DNA of 64,000 nucleotides from Octopus vulgaris (lineage: Eukaryota). Within the stretch, counting starts at the first letter, position 1, and the number at the start of each line of letters is the position of its first letter. Positions 49,568-62,348 of the stretch are shown piece after piece. The position numbers were made by a program, and so were the translations under genes. The DNA lies in assembly GCA_951406725.2 (NCBI GenBank), contig OX597833.1, positions 71,486,001 to 71,550,000 on the forward strand, in the 5' to 3' direction. The notes beneath the pieces were generated by a model, which was not told where the DNA came from, did no database searches, and saw only the letters and a program-made list of their open reading frames with translations.

Positions 49568-50264
49568 CTAGCAGTAGCGCCCGGCGTTGCTCGGGTTTGT
49601 TTCGACCCTTTAGAATTGGAATTTTTGAAAAGTAAACATTTTGCATGCTGTAGCTTGTTATTCTCTTTAAGTGAACATTTTTTTTCTGGTTGAAATACAC
49701 CGAAAAATGGCAACACAGCAGTCAAAAAATCGTAAAAAATAGGGATTTTCATAGAAAAAAAAAGCACCTTTTTGATGTAAATAATTTTTGGTGTTAACAT
49801 GGTCCGATTTGAAATTTTTGTTCTACGGAAGGAAGAGCAAGCCTTCTTCTATCATACTCTCAATTTTGGCCAACTTGCGCCGCAGGGTCTCGGAGGAGAT
49901 ATTATTAGTTGAAGGCTCATCATCATTGTTCGACCGTGGTCGAGACAATGGAATTTACCATGCTGCGCCAGACTTCATGGTCCATCATAGCATTATGGAG
50001 GTCCTGTTGCTGGATGCCTGTATCCCTGGAGATTACATCAGGGTAGGAGAGTGTGCGCCCTCTGGTGTTGCGAGTAGATGGCTTCCAGAGGAGAAGAGTA
50101 GAAATTACTTCTTTTTCAGCTCTACAACAATGTCCAGCGAACTGGACTCTCCTACCTTTCACAAGAGATGACACAGGTGGTAGTTTCCCATATATTTGCA
50201 TTTTAGTTGAAGGCTACCAAACATGCCACACACAGACAACTTCAGCTTTATATGTATAGAGAGA
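49568..50264 (-). mobile_element. Non-autonomous Helitron
   Basis: Minus strand A|TC...CTAG|T junctions, GC-rich subterminal hairpin CCCGAGCAACGCCGGG (49580-49595), no TSD. Confidence 0.8.
49918..50202 (-). mobile_element. 5'-truncated RTE-clade LINE nested in the Helitron
   Basis: RRVQFAGHCCR...LLWKP...RGR...AMMDHEVWR; stop followed by (TGA)n; 13-bp TSD TTAGTTGAAGGCT (49905-49917, 50203-50215). Confidence 0.88.
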
Positions 50265-51282
50265 TGTGTGTGTGTGTACTAGACTTTGTTGCTGTGTTTG
50301 TCCCCCCCCCCTCACCAACTGGTGTTGGTGTGTTTATGTCCTTGTAACTTAGCGGTTCAGCAAAAGAAACTGGTAGAATAAGTACCAGGCTTAAAGAGAA
50401 TAAGTCCTGGGCTCAATTCATTTGACTAAAAAATTCTTCAAGGAACAAAAAAAGAAACATTAAAAAATAATTCCATCCCCAACTTTTTTTTATTACTTTT
50501 CAGAAAAGTTTTGCGGAATTTCCGAAAAACAAAAACAAAAAAATTGCAATTCAAAGTTTTTAGTTCTTGTTCCAAATTTCAAAACCATTTACGATAATTT
50601 TCCAGATTCAATTTGTGGTTATTAACTGAAAGAAATGCCTTTTGTTATAGCAAAATAGTTACAAGGTGATAAATTGGTAGAGAAGGTCTATAATGGATTG
50701 GATCGGTTCCATTCTGTGACAGTTTCTCGTATTATTATGAAGGGAAGTAAATGCATAGTGCAAGATATAAAAGTTATCTCCCTTACTCCATTTCTGCAAA
50801 ATTTGTCCCCAAATTAAAGTGAAGCAAAAAAAAAGAAGAAATTTGGGGGGAATGGGGTTGGGGCTGATGTCAATGCCAGCGACTCCAGTGCTTGACTTGT
50901 TCTTTATTTTATCGTCCTCGAGAGAATGATTGCAAAGTTAGCATCGATGGGGTCTCAACTCAGAACATAAAGATCCGGAATAAATACCGAAAAGTCCTTT
51001 TTTATCCAAAAGCTTGAACGTTTCAGCCATTTTCCCGACAAGCAAAGCACCACATTTCCTGAAGGGGACAAAGTCGATTCTAGCGACCGCAGTTTATAAG
51101 TGGAAGAGAGTTTTTCGACCGCAGACAGATAAAAGGCGAAGTGGATTTCGGTGAGATTTCGATTCGGAATGCAAAGTAGAGAACTTAAATACGGCAAGAA
51201 AACATGTTGCTCGCTGCTGGAATCTATCGTTCAGTGGTCAGTAAAGGTCAATCAAGGGAGAAAGTAGACAGCAGCAGCAAAT

Positions 51283-51657
51283 GGAGGCGCAATGGCCCAG
51301 TGGTTAGAGCAGCCGACTCGCAGTCGGAGGATCGCGGTTTCGATTCTCAGACCGGGCGTTGTGTGTGTTTATTGAGCGAAAACACCTCAGGCTCCACGAG
51401 GCTCCGGCATGGGTTGGTGGCGACCCCTGTTGTACTCTTTCGCTCCAACTTTCTCTCACTCTTTCTTCCTGTTTCTTGTCCCCGACTTCCTACGCAACCG
51501 CTGAGCCTGGATGCGCATTCATCCATCTGTCGATGCTCTCGGTGTCGGGGGTTGACCTGCTTTCTCTTCTGCGGGTCTTACGAATAGCAAAGGACCACGT
51601 TTCGGACTTCTCTCACAACAGACGGGGCGAAGACCGCTTCGTTCAACAAACAAACAA
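51283..51657 (+). mobile_element. SINE with family-B tRNA(Arg)-like head and an alternative 3' body with (CAAA)n tail
   Basis: GGAGGCGCAATGGCCCAGTGGTTAG head; TSD ACAGCAGCAGCAA at 51268-51280 and 51658-51670. Confidence 0.85.
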
Positions 51658-52090
51658 ACAGCAGCAGCAATTTTCAGATGCTTCTGTTTCCAGAGTAGAA
51701 CTTCTTGAAGTTCTGATGATAGCAAAAGAATTCTGCTGGTCCTCAGTGCAAGGAGTCTATATAAGAAATAGGTGGACATGTGAACAAACTACAGTAAAAA
51801 AGATAAAGAGTGGATGGACGGTGAGGTGAGCTTTGACCGAGCGGAACATAAAAGCGATAAACTACGAGAACCGCCTTAAAAGACTTTTTATGTTGGTTTC
51901 GAAGAAGATAGGAATTCTTTCTTAGTCACCCTGACACTCGAATTGATCAGAAACGCTTCCAGGAACGAACTTTTTATGAGTGCTTGGGTGCGAAAGCAGA
52001 AGATGGTTTGGACCCCATCGTGCAGGGGACAACAAGTACAACTTGATGGCTTCTCTCCTCTACACAGCACTGGAAAAGTTTGGCGTGAAA

Positions 52091-52477
52091 GGCGCAGGAG
52101 TGGCTGTGTGGTAAGTAGCTTGCTAACCAACCGCATGGTTTCGGGTTCAGTCCCACTGCGTGGCATCTTGGGCAAGTGTCTTCTGCTATAGCTCCTGGCC
52201 GACCAATGGCTTGTGAGTGGATTTGGTAGACGGAAACTGAAAGAAGCCTGTCGTATATATGCATATATATATATATGTGTTTGTGTGTCTGTGTTTGTCC
52301 CCCTAGCATTGCTTGGCAATCGATGCTGGTGTGTTTACGTCCCCGTAACCTAGCGGTTCGGCAAAAAAGACCGATAGATTAATTACTGGGCTTACAAAGT
52401 CCCGGGGTCGATTTGCTCGACTAAAGGCGGTGCTCCAGCATGGCCGCAGTCAAATGACTGAAGCAAGTAAAAGAGTA
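52091..52477 (+). mobile_element. SINE family A, full-length
   Basis: Near-identical to the 44273 copy. Confidence 0.9.
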
Positions 52478-52599
52478 TTCTGGAGAACTAACACAAACTC
52501 TAAGCAGACATCGCAACCTACGCTCATCTACCAATATGAAAAAGAAGGGGTTTGAAGAAGCTAAGCCCTTTACCAATCTAGGTTGAATGATTAGTTATG

Positions 52600-52930
52600 G
52601 TGGTGACCTCAGGTCAGACGGATTTGATGGCAAGGTGAGCAAAGCCAGTCGGGCGTTTGAAAGGTTTAAAGAACAAGAGTGGAACAAATAATATTGTTCA
52701 ATGCAAGTGATGAACCGAGTATCGCGGGTACAAGTGTGACCTGCTCTGTTATAAGGGTAGAGGAGGCATGGGTGATAAATCACAAACAGGTAAAACGGCT
52801 GCATGCATTCGTGAACAAATACTTATGGATAAAAGACGAGTATCGTAGAGAAAGGCAAACGCAGCAGGGACGCCATCATCCCAGAGAAAGTCAATGTCCC
52901 AAACATGGGGCAATCCTCATTTGGCGCTCA
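52600..52930 (+). mobile_element. Degenerate RTE reverse-transcriptase fragment
   Basis: Translates KVSKASRAFERFKEQEWNK and EAWVINHKQVKRLHAF, resembling the RTE RI.KA..AF..L...W and ETW motifs. Confidence 0.55.
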
Positions 52931-52999
52931 CGACCAGAGAATCCATAACTTATATATCTAGATATTTAATTATGCATATATGTATGTATATCTCTTTCT

Positions 53000-53393
53000 C
53001 TTTCTCTTTTTACTCTTTTACTTGTTTCAGCCATTTGACTGCGGCTATGCTGGAGCACCGCCCTCGACCCAGGGACTTATTCTTTTGTAAGCCCAGTACT
53101 TATTCTATCGGTATCTTTTGCCGATCCGCTAAGTAACGGGGACATAAACACACCAGCATCGGTTGTCTAGCAATGCTAGGGGGACAAACATATACACACA
53201 CATACACAAATATATACATATACATATATACGACGGGCTTCTTTCAGTTTCCGTCTACCAAATCCACTGACAAGGCTTTGGTCGGCCCGAGGCTATAGTA
53301 GAAGACACTTGCCCAAGGTGTCACGCAGTGGAACTGAACCCGGAACCATGTGGATGGTAAACAAGCTACTTACCACACAGCCACTCCTGCACC
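53000..53393 (-). mobile_element. SINE family A, full-length, inverted relative to 52091-52477
   Basis: Reverse complement of family A. Confidence 0.9.
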
Positions 53394-55219
53394 TATATGT
53401 TGCATATATGTTGTATACATGTTTGTGTGTGTGTGTGTGTGTGTGTATTATATATACATGGTCACGATATCTGGGACTATAAAAATGTGTAAGACCTTTT
53501 AAGATTTAAAGGGCGATGGTTAAGACGCGATGCTTTCCTTCACAACCGTGCTACGAAGTAGATGGCCGGTAAACACGCACACACACACACGCACACTCAC
53601 TCACACACACACACACACACGCACATACACCTATCAATAAAACGCTTAGTCACAGACCAGTTTTATTTATTTATTTTTTAGCCCTCCCCCTTTTCTACGG
53701 GGCCGCGTGGCTGTGCTGAGAATGTTGAGAGAGAGAGAAAGACGGTGTTATAAAGAGAGCCAGATTAGCCGTATTAAGAGTTTGCTCTGTTTCCTGTCGA
53801 ACTCTATGACTTTCATTTCAAATTACAACACTAAACGAATTCCTCAGACAATTATTTCTCCTTCATTACCTTCCCGGAACCATGTCAGCCGTAATAATTA
53901 TCCTCCTAATGGTAAGAACCCGGCCGAGCCATCGCTGTACTCTGGCAAAAATACACAGGGGAGACAATTCTTGATCCAATTCGGTTATTGGTCTCACGGA
54001 GCTTGGTTTCAAGGGAAGAAGAGAAGTGGGGAGTTGGCTGTCCAACCACGTGGTTCCGCGTTCAGTTCCAAGTATCGTTGGGTTGGCGAAAATATTGTGA
54101 GTGGGTTTGGTAGATGGGAAACTTAAAGAAGCCCGTCACACATACACAGACACTAGTAATCTCACCAATGAAGCACTCTCTCTCACACTCACACAAACAT
54201 ACTGCTCGTATCTCCTATACACAAACGGACACACATACAACGTGCAAATACATATGCACACAATATATACACCTGCTTTCATGCATCCTCGCGCATTCAC
54301 GCGTGCACATTTTCACACGCACACTCTCTTGTCATTAAAAACCACAGTTACATCTTACATTTCCGGTTACAAATCGAACATATGAAATAACCAATCTCTG
54401 TCTTTTTTTCCCTGGCTCTTTCCTTTCTTTTCTTTTCTTTTGGAATTTCCTTTTGTATTCGACAAAGAACTTTATCCGAAACGTTATACTTTCACTCTAT
54501 AACTTACTTTTCCCCCTTCTTTGAGCATCAACCTAATCAAATTAGCTGTGAACGTCATTCGAACGTTTATTGCTTTTCGGTTTTTTTTTTGTAATTGATT
54601 TGTTTTATATATATCTTTTATTTTTTTTTTACTTGTATCAACCATTAGACTGCGGTCATGCTGGGGCACTGCTTTGAAGAATTTTTAGTCGAATAAATCG
54701 ACCTCAGTGCTTATTTGTTTTAAAACCTGATTCTTATTCTATCGGGTACTTTTGCCGAACCGCTATATTACGGGAACGAAACACCCCCAACAGCGGTTAT
54801 CAAGTGGTGTTGTTGTTGTTGGTGGTGGTAGACAAGCACAGACAGAAAGACACACACACACGTACATAGTCTCACACACACTCACAAATCTACCTACGAC
54901 CATACACACAACGGGCTTATTTAGGTTTTGTCTTCTAAATTCCGGTCATGGCCGTCGTCGTCGTCACCCAAACACTCCCCCATTTTTAATGCGTGGTGGT
55001 CGCGGTTAAGGGACCATCTTCAGTCTGTTGGCTTTCTTAACAAACCTCGACTTAACGGATGACAGCAGTCGGCAGCTGTTGACACCACCACCACCACAAC
55101 CACTACCACCACCATAACAACAACAACAACAGCTGCTGCTACTGCTGCTGCTACTACTACTACTTGATCAGTTTACATTTGGGAATACATATGACTCTAA
55201 TCTCTTACAGATGTCAACA

Positions 55220-55266
<47 letters not shown>

Positions 55267-55699
55267 CTGTGTGTATATATATTTAGCTGTTCGTTGGTAT
55301 CCTTATGTGTTTGTGTGTGTGTGTGTAAATGTGTGGGCGTTTGTTTGTGTATTTGCGGGTGGACGGGTGGGTGGGTGTATTTGTGGGTGGATGTGTGTTT
55401 GTGTGTGCATATGTCGAAGTGTGTACATGTAATTGTGCAGCTGTGTGTGTAAGTTTGCGGTTTGTTCATATACTCACATGTTTGCGTTTATACGGGGACC
55501 TGTCTCCGTTTGTTTATCTGTGTGTGCACGTGCACATGACGTCCGCGATCCTTCACAACCGTATGTATGTATGAATGATTGTATGTATGTCGTTGTTCAG
55601 TGTTATTTCAAGATTTCATGCCAACAGAGGAAGAGTCGGTTTCTATCCTAGATTCAAGGCTCCTTCATTGGAATTTCAACATCTGCAACAGAGTATTTT

Positions 55700-56014
55700 T
55701 GTATGTATGTATGTATGTACGTGTGTATGTATGTATGTATGTATGTGTGTGTGTATGTACGTGTGTATGTATGTATGTATGTATGTATGTGTGTGTGTAT
55801 GTACGTGTGTATGTATGTATGTATGTATGTATGTGTGTGTGTATGTACGTGTGTGCGTGCGTGTGTGTATGTATGTATGTATGTTTGTATGTATATATGT
55901 ATGTATGTATGTGTGTGCGTGTGCGTGCGTGTGTGTATGTATGTGTGTGTGTGTATGTATGTATGTGTGTGTGTGTATGTATGTATGTATGTATGCATGC
56001 ATATATGTATGTAT
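55700..56014. repeat. (TATG)n/(TG)n microsatellite
   Basis: Direct inspection. Confidence 0.95.
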
Positions 56015-56416
56015 GTCATTATTCAGTTTATTTCAAAATTTCTTGCCAATAAAAAAAAGAACCGGTTTCTAACCTAGATCCAAGGTTCCTTCATTGGAAT
56101 TTCAGCATGTTTGTATGTATGTGCAGATTTGTATGTTCTATCTATGTATTCCCATGCATATAGTTGCATATCTAGACATGCTCATATATATTTAAATGAT
56201 AAACTTCTGGAAAGTTTTACAGATTTTTACAGTTCCAGTGATGGATTGGATCAGTAGTCTTTGAATTAGCTTTCTCCTTTCTGGTTTTGAGAAGTCTAAT
56301 TTCTCAATATTGGTATTTAGGCCATGTATTACATATCCCAGGGCCCCAATAATTACAGGTTTTAACCTGAACTTGTAGTCTGAAAAGAGTAACTGCGGAT
56401 TCCTCAATAGTTCAGC
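56015..56416 (-). mobile_element. R4/NeSL-like non-LTR retrotransposon 3' end (restriction-like endonuclease tail and 3' UTR) within (CATA)n
   Basis: FRLKPVIIGALGYV...LIQRLLIQSITGTVKICK (P.IIGALG motif of RLE-clade elements). The 3' UTR is duplicated at 55589-55682. Confidence 0.7.
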
Positions 56417-56858
56417 GTGTATGTATGTATGTATGTATGTATGTATGTATGTATGTATGTATGTATGTATGTATGTATGTATGTATGTATGCATGTATGT
56501 GCAATAAGCTTGGAGAAAATTAAGGTGAGAAGTGACGTTTACCACCTGTTCTGTGTGTGGAACCAAATATGTTTCTGCAATGAACCAGACTCGATGTGGT
56601 GGTCTCTTTCTCAGTATGTCGACTTACCAGTCTTCAGAAATGGATCCCTAGACTCTGAGATCGGTTTGGAGATTGAGAAGTTTTCAATCGTTCCGGAGTC
56701 ACTGAAGAATACAAGAACAGTTAGACTGGGACTTGAAACTCACCATCAAAGATTAGCATTTATGATAATAGGAGGGTCTTCACAACCCTTCTATTCTCAT
56801 CGGACGCCTGGACCCCGAATCAGCACGAAAGATTTCACCGGAAATCTCTAAAATCTAT

Positions 56859-57034
56859 TGTCGCGGTCTGAAGGTTGTTGGTCGGTCTGTGGTGGTCACT
56901 GACTGAATATGTTTCTTGGGCTGCGCGTAGAAGTAACCGGACACCACTCGCGAACATTTAACAGAAAGTTTTATTATCGCACATAAAGACAAACTGTGTT
57001 GGCTTTTTACAGTTAACAACAGCAATAATTACAT

Positions 57035-57081
<47 letters not shown>

Positions 57082-57557
57082 CTGCTTGGAGTTTACAACA
57101 AGTTAGTGATGCAGCGACCTGAGTCTTAGTTAGTTAGTTAATTTTTTGGCTCAAAAAGCAAAAAGCAAGGCCATGTAGGGGGACATGGAGTTATGTACAG
57201 GGTGGTGTTCATGCAAAGAGTTCAGGAACGATTGTGCTATATTCGTGGCGACGGAAATTCTTGCCATCTATCTATACCTTCTGTCTTCGCTGTCTTCCTG
57301 GGTCGTCTGGCTGGTAAAAGCGCGTGCCACCTGATGCAGTAAGAATGGAGACACATATCGTTCAGCTGCCTCAACATTCTGCAGTTAATTACTGCCAACA
57401 GCGGGCTTTTATAGGGCACAAGAAGAAGACGATTCTAGAAGACTGAATCACGTGATGGCTTGACGCTGACTGGTTGATTAATAGACCGATCACGTGAAAC
57501 TATGTGGTTCGGTCGTGATGTGTGACCGGGAATCCAGAGACTTCGAATCCCGCGACA
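56859..57557 (-). mobile_element. Probable solo LTR containing a (GA)n run and a CR1 tail insertion
   Basis: TGTCGCGG...CCGCGACA termini; minus-strand TATAAAA (~57410) upstream of AATAAA (~56972). No clear TSD, PBS or PPT. Confidence 0.55.
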
Positions 57558-57569
57558 TTAGTTAAAAAG

Positions 57570-57900
57570 AAGCGCTGGAAAAGCTGGTTGTTTCAGCATG
57601 GAAGCTCGTTTCATCAAGTTCCATTGGCGATAAGTTATTCATGTCAACCGTCTTGATTACTTCAAGTCCCTGAAACAAGTACTTTATGGAGTCCTGTATC
57701 GAAGAATGTCCAGAGATAATCTCGTTTGCACAGCCTGTGATCGCATTACACTTTCAAAAACCGGATTTGTCATACACAAAGCGTCACATATCGAGAGACA
57801 TACGCGAGATGGTTATGTATACAGCTCCATAAGCCCCGACAGAGCAGGGCTGTCCTTTGCACCCAAAACTGTGCTCATCTACTGCCGAGTTGAAAACCAA
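57570..57900 (+). mobile_element. Degenerate RTE-type LINE C-terminal zinc-finger fragment
   Basis: LVCTACDRITLSKTGFVIHKASH matches C..C.R...S..G...H...H. Confidence 0.45.
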
Positions 57901-58560
57901 TTTCTGACGAATGCACAAAGCTGGAACTGAAGCAGCTGTTGGACTTATAACACCTTTCTTCGTCCCCTTCAATTTTCTCTGATGTTTTTATTTTGTTGGA
58001 GCTGTTAATATGAATATTTATATATTTATACTTAAATATTCATCATCTGAAAGCTTCCACCTCTTGCTATATACTTATTGTTTTAAGGGAATTTCATTTC
58101 CCAACAATACTAGGTATCGAACCATATTTCCTTGGATGCAACCATCCCGTCATGATATTAACATATCCTCTAAATAATAAATAAATACACACATACATAT
58201 ATATGTATGTATGTACACACACACACACACACACGCACACACGCACAAATGACTATATTCGACAAAAGAATAATAGATATCGAATTGCATTTCTTGGCTG
58301 ACAGCTGTTTCTGATGGGAGGAAGTGTGCAGCCAGGAGTTAGTGTCAGCGTGATATGGAATAAAGATTAAAGCTTAGAAATATCCTGTATTTATGATTAT
58401 ATTGAATTCTGACGACTGATTGGACGAGAGAAATCATTATTTCCGATTCATTAAATGTTTGTTCTAAAAAGTTGTATCAGAGACGACCATTCAGCGAGGA
58501 ACCACAGAGTATCGCAAAGGCTGCACATGTCTTGGCTGGACAGCTGTTCCGTAGCGATAT

Positions 58561-58944
58561 GTGGAAGCACTCCGTCGGTTACGACGACGAGGGTTCCGGT
58601 TGATCCGACCAACGGAACAGCCTGCTCGTGAAATTAACGTGTAAGTGGCTGAGCACTCCACAGACACGTGCACCCTTAACGTAGTTCTCGGGGATATTCA
58701 GCATGACACAGAGTGACAAGGCCGGCCCCTTGAAATACAGGTACAACAGAAACAGGAAATAAGAGTGAGAGAAAGTTGTGGTGAAAGAGTACAGCAAGGA
58801 TCACCACCATCCCCTGCCGGAGCCTCGTGGAGCTTTTAGGTGTTTTCGCTCAATAAACACTCACAACGCCCGGTCTGGGAATCGAAACCGCGATCCTATG
58901 ACCGCGAGTCCGCTGCCCTAACCACTGGGCCATTGCGCCTCCAC
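58561..58944 (-). mobile_element. SINE family B (tRNA-Arg-like head, anticodon-position TCG), full-length; possibly octopus OR1
   Basis: Reverse complement of 60597-60965; A-box TGGCCCAGTGG, B-box GTTTCGATTCC. Family name unverified. Confidence 0.88.
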
Positions 58945-59582
58945 TTATAGCGATGTATATATGTGAGAGAAAACGAGCGAGTGAATGGAGGCAAGGGTCA
59001 GCTAACATGAAGTAGTCTTAAGCTGGTAGGAGTCGTTCGTGTTACAAACTGTATTGAACAGGGCCTGACACGAACGCATGCCCGCCTTCTCTTCTCTGTT
59101 CGTCTGTCCATTCCTCTGTTTTATTGTTCGTCAGACATAATCAGTCCTCTTCTCTAAACGAGTTATCTTATTTAAAATTCAACTGATTTGCAGTCGACGA
59201 CTTCGATTCGTCAGCTTTTTGCTGACGTTATTCCATGAATATGATATGTAGTCGTTGAGCGTCATTGGCGAGTTTATTTGTTGTTTTTTCATGGTCTCAT
59301 CGCTCAGTCTGAGCGACCCGGTTCTTGTTTAAGATTTACCGTAATTGGAAAATAATGAATCCGGGTTGAAATTGAAGTTGAGATCTGTTACATGTATGAG
59401 ACAGAAGACAAATGAGAGACGCACTCGTTCATACACGCGCGTGCACACACACACACACACACACACACATTCACACATGCGTTCACATCACTATGCATGC
59501 ATGCATACATACATACATACGTGTGTGTGTATATGTGTAAATACATACATACGTTCAAACATTGAAAAACGCATACACGCTG

Positions 59583-59642
<60 letters not shown>

Positions 59643-60077
59643 TACGTTATGTGTCAGAATAGCGTGTGAAAAGTGAGGACATTTGAAGATGGGGTTTTCT
59701 CGGCAAATCCCAAACCGTCAGAACGCGTGGGAAAGGAGAGGATGGTGTTACGTTCCTCGACGTCATTGTAGGATTCTGTTAAGTCAGAAAGCCAGCGGAG
59801 CCTATCAGGTTCTCCTTTTATTATTATTATTATTATTATTCATTGTTAAAATCATTATTGTTAACGAGACTGCCAGCTTGCCGCCCTTTCACCGACCAAT
59901 GAATAATTGGTTGTGGCATACAACTGGTCTCAGTGCCACCGGACGATTTCCACACGAAACCGACGGCATCGTTCGCAACAGTTCTACGCCATAACCCGTT
60001 TTATACAGTTTGATAAAAGGAAAACGTATTCGCTCCATTGTACTGTGTATGCTTTGATTGTGTGACTTGTGGAACAG

Positions 60078-60111
<34 letters not shown>

Positions 60112-60596
60112 GTGTATACACGCACACACACATATACATGCATTATGCACACACGTGTATAGATGTGTATATACAAACATTCGCATGCTTGTGTATGAAA
60201 GGGTGCATATAGCAGTATATCCAATTATGATTTAATTATTCATTTATTATTCAATAATTCATTGATTCGTTCGTTCTCCTTAACATAATGCAATAAAGTG
60301 TTCCCTGATGATCCGTTTTGGTTGAGCATCTCCAGGCACTCGGAACATTCAGTGCAGAGTTTGCAAACAGCTGCAATGAAGAAATGTTCATAGGAAACTA
60401 ATTATATCAACTCTTGTTTATCCCAATTTTTCTATAATTTGATCTGCACATCATAACTAGTAACACTACTCGGAATAGCAGTTGCTTAGTCTCCTTACTG
60501 GAAGCAGACTGGACAATGGTCATCAACGGAGATCTCTGAACATAACACACTGGCAGGCGTGCGTCTGTTCGTACGTAGAAGACATACAATATACGA

Positions 60597-60965
60597 GTGG
60601 AGGCGCAAAGGCCCAGTGGTTAGGGCAGCGGACTCGCGGTCGTAGGATTGCGGTTTCGATACCCAGACCGGGCGTTGTGAGTGTTTATTGAGCGAAAACA
60701 CCTAAAAGCTCCACGTGGTGATCCCTGCTCCAGGTGGTGATCCCTGCTGTACCCTTTCACCACAACTTTCTCTCACTCTTCTCTTACTTCCTGCTTCTGT
60801 TGTACCTGTATTTCAAAGGGCCGGCCTTGTCACTCTCTGTGTCACGCTGAATATCCCCGAGAACTACGTTAAGGGTACACGTTAATTTCACGAGCAGGCT
60901 GTTCCATTGATTCGGATCAACCGGAACCCTCGTCTTCGTAACTGACGGAGTGCTCCCCCCCCCCC
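60597..60965 (+). mobile_element. SINE family B, full-length
   Basis: 11-bp TSD ACAATATACGA at 60586-60596 and 60966-60976. Confidence 0.88.
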
Positions 60966-60973
60966 ACAATATA

Positions 60974-61821
60974 CGAAGGGGTACCCAAAAGTAACCGGTA
61001 ACGTTCTCTGTGGGACAAACCCGTAGTAGTTTAGGCTTCCACCGGCGTCGTTGGGTGTGGTCCTACTGTCACGTGGTGCATCTTTGCTTTGCAGGGCTTC
61101 TCCCCTGTTCGTCGGTTTTTTTTCCGTGTGATTCTGTTTTCTGTTGGGGACAACGGCGGCCGAAACAGTTGTCGTGCTTCAAACAGCTTAGAAGGATGCC
61201 ATCTTGAGCAAAACATAAGTTCGCGAGTTGTTTTCACGTTTTAGGAATGGTCACTCGTTGCTTGAAGACCAGCCTTGTTCAGGGTGACAATCAACCTCCC
61301 CAACAAATGAAAACATCATGAAAAATTCACGAACTGAGCTTGTAGGATCGTCACCGAACAATTGACGAACTTGTTGATATGACTGGTGTGTCCTGGAGCT
61401 CTTGCCAACGAATTTTGAGTGAGGAATTGCGAATGAAGAGTTGCAGCAAACTTTGTGCCTCACTTGCTCACAGAAGATCAAAAGCGATCACAACTTAATT
61501 GCACAATTGTTTATTTCCTTTGTCATTCAACTGAAAGAACAGTTGGAAGTTGATCGGGACCCTTTTTTTTTTCGAAGGTCATCATTGGTGACGAAAGGTG
61601 GTGCTACGGAATTTGCAGATGTGGAGGTAGAGGAAGAAAAAAAAAAAGAAACGATGAACTCGCAAGAGTTTTCCAGCACTGCTTCGAATTGTGGAAAACG
61701 CGCCAGAACCGACGCATTGCTTGAAATGGAGAATATTTTGAAGGCGTAAAAGTGTAAACATGGAAAACTAAGGGAATAGAATAATGTTGCAAAATTCTGG
61801 TTTCTTATGGGTACCATCTTG
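60974..61821 (+). mobile_element. Internally deleted mariner element
   Basis: TA|CGAAGGGGTACCCAAAAG left TIR with an imperfect inverted match at ~61795-61821. Frameshifted transposase pieces LEDQPCSG, RTIDELVDMTGVSWSSCQRILSEEL, FVPHLLTEDQK and FELWK...GEYFEG; most of the catalytic domain is missing. Confidence 0.88.
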
Positions 61822-61853
61822 TGTATGTAATGCATGTATGTATGTATTATGTA

Positions 61854-61884
<31 letters not shown>

Positions 61885-62032
61885 ATGTATGTATGTATGT
61901 ATGTATGTATGTATGTATGTGTGTGTGTGTATGTATGTATGTATGTATGTATATATATATCTTTGCTTAGGGAGAGCGATGCTAAGAATAATATACTTCA
62001 GAACGAAGCGTCAGTCGAGTACAAAGCGATGA

Positions 62033-62264
62033 TAAGAAATTGGAATGACAAAGGAAATAAACAATTGTGCAATTAAGTTCATTAGCTTATGATCGTTTCT
62101 ACTATAAGGTGCAATGCACTCATAGTTGAGTGCTTGAGTATCACCCTATAGCTTCACCGGAGCTTCACCGGAGCTATGAGTGCATTGCGCCTTTTATCAG
62201 AAACATGTATAAGCTGACGAACTTCGTTATATAATTGTTTATTTCCTTTGTTATCCCAATCTCT

Positions 62265-62266
<2 letters not shown>
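62033..62266. repeat. Diverged hairpin/MITE-like inverted repeat
   Basis: Arms ~62033-62125 and ~62174-62266, roughly 80% complementary by eye. Confidence 0.75.

Positions 62267-62348
<82 letters not shown>

Noticed and set aside
51283-51360. tRNA-like sequences, also at 44273, 52091, 58870 and 60597
   Set aside because: They are SINE heads with bodies, tails and in several cases TSDs; no complete cloverleaf with acceptor stem.
60305-60350. CTGATGA motifs here and at 40145 as hammerheads
   Set aside because: No stem II closed by GAAA in the required position.
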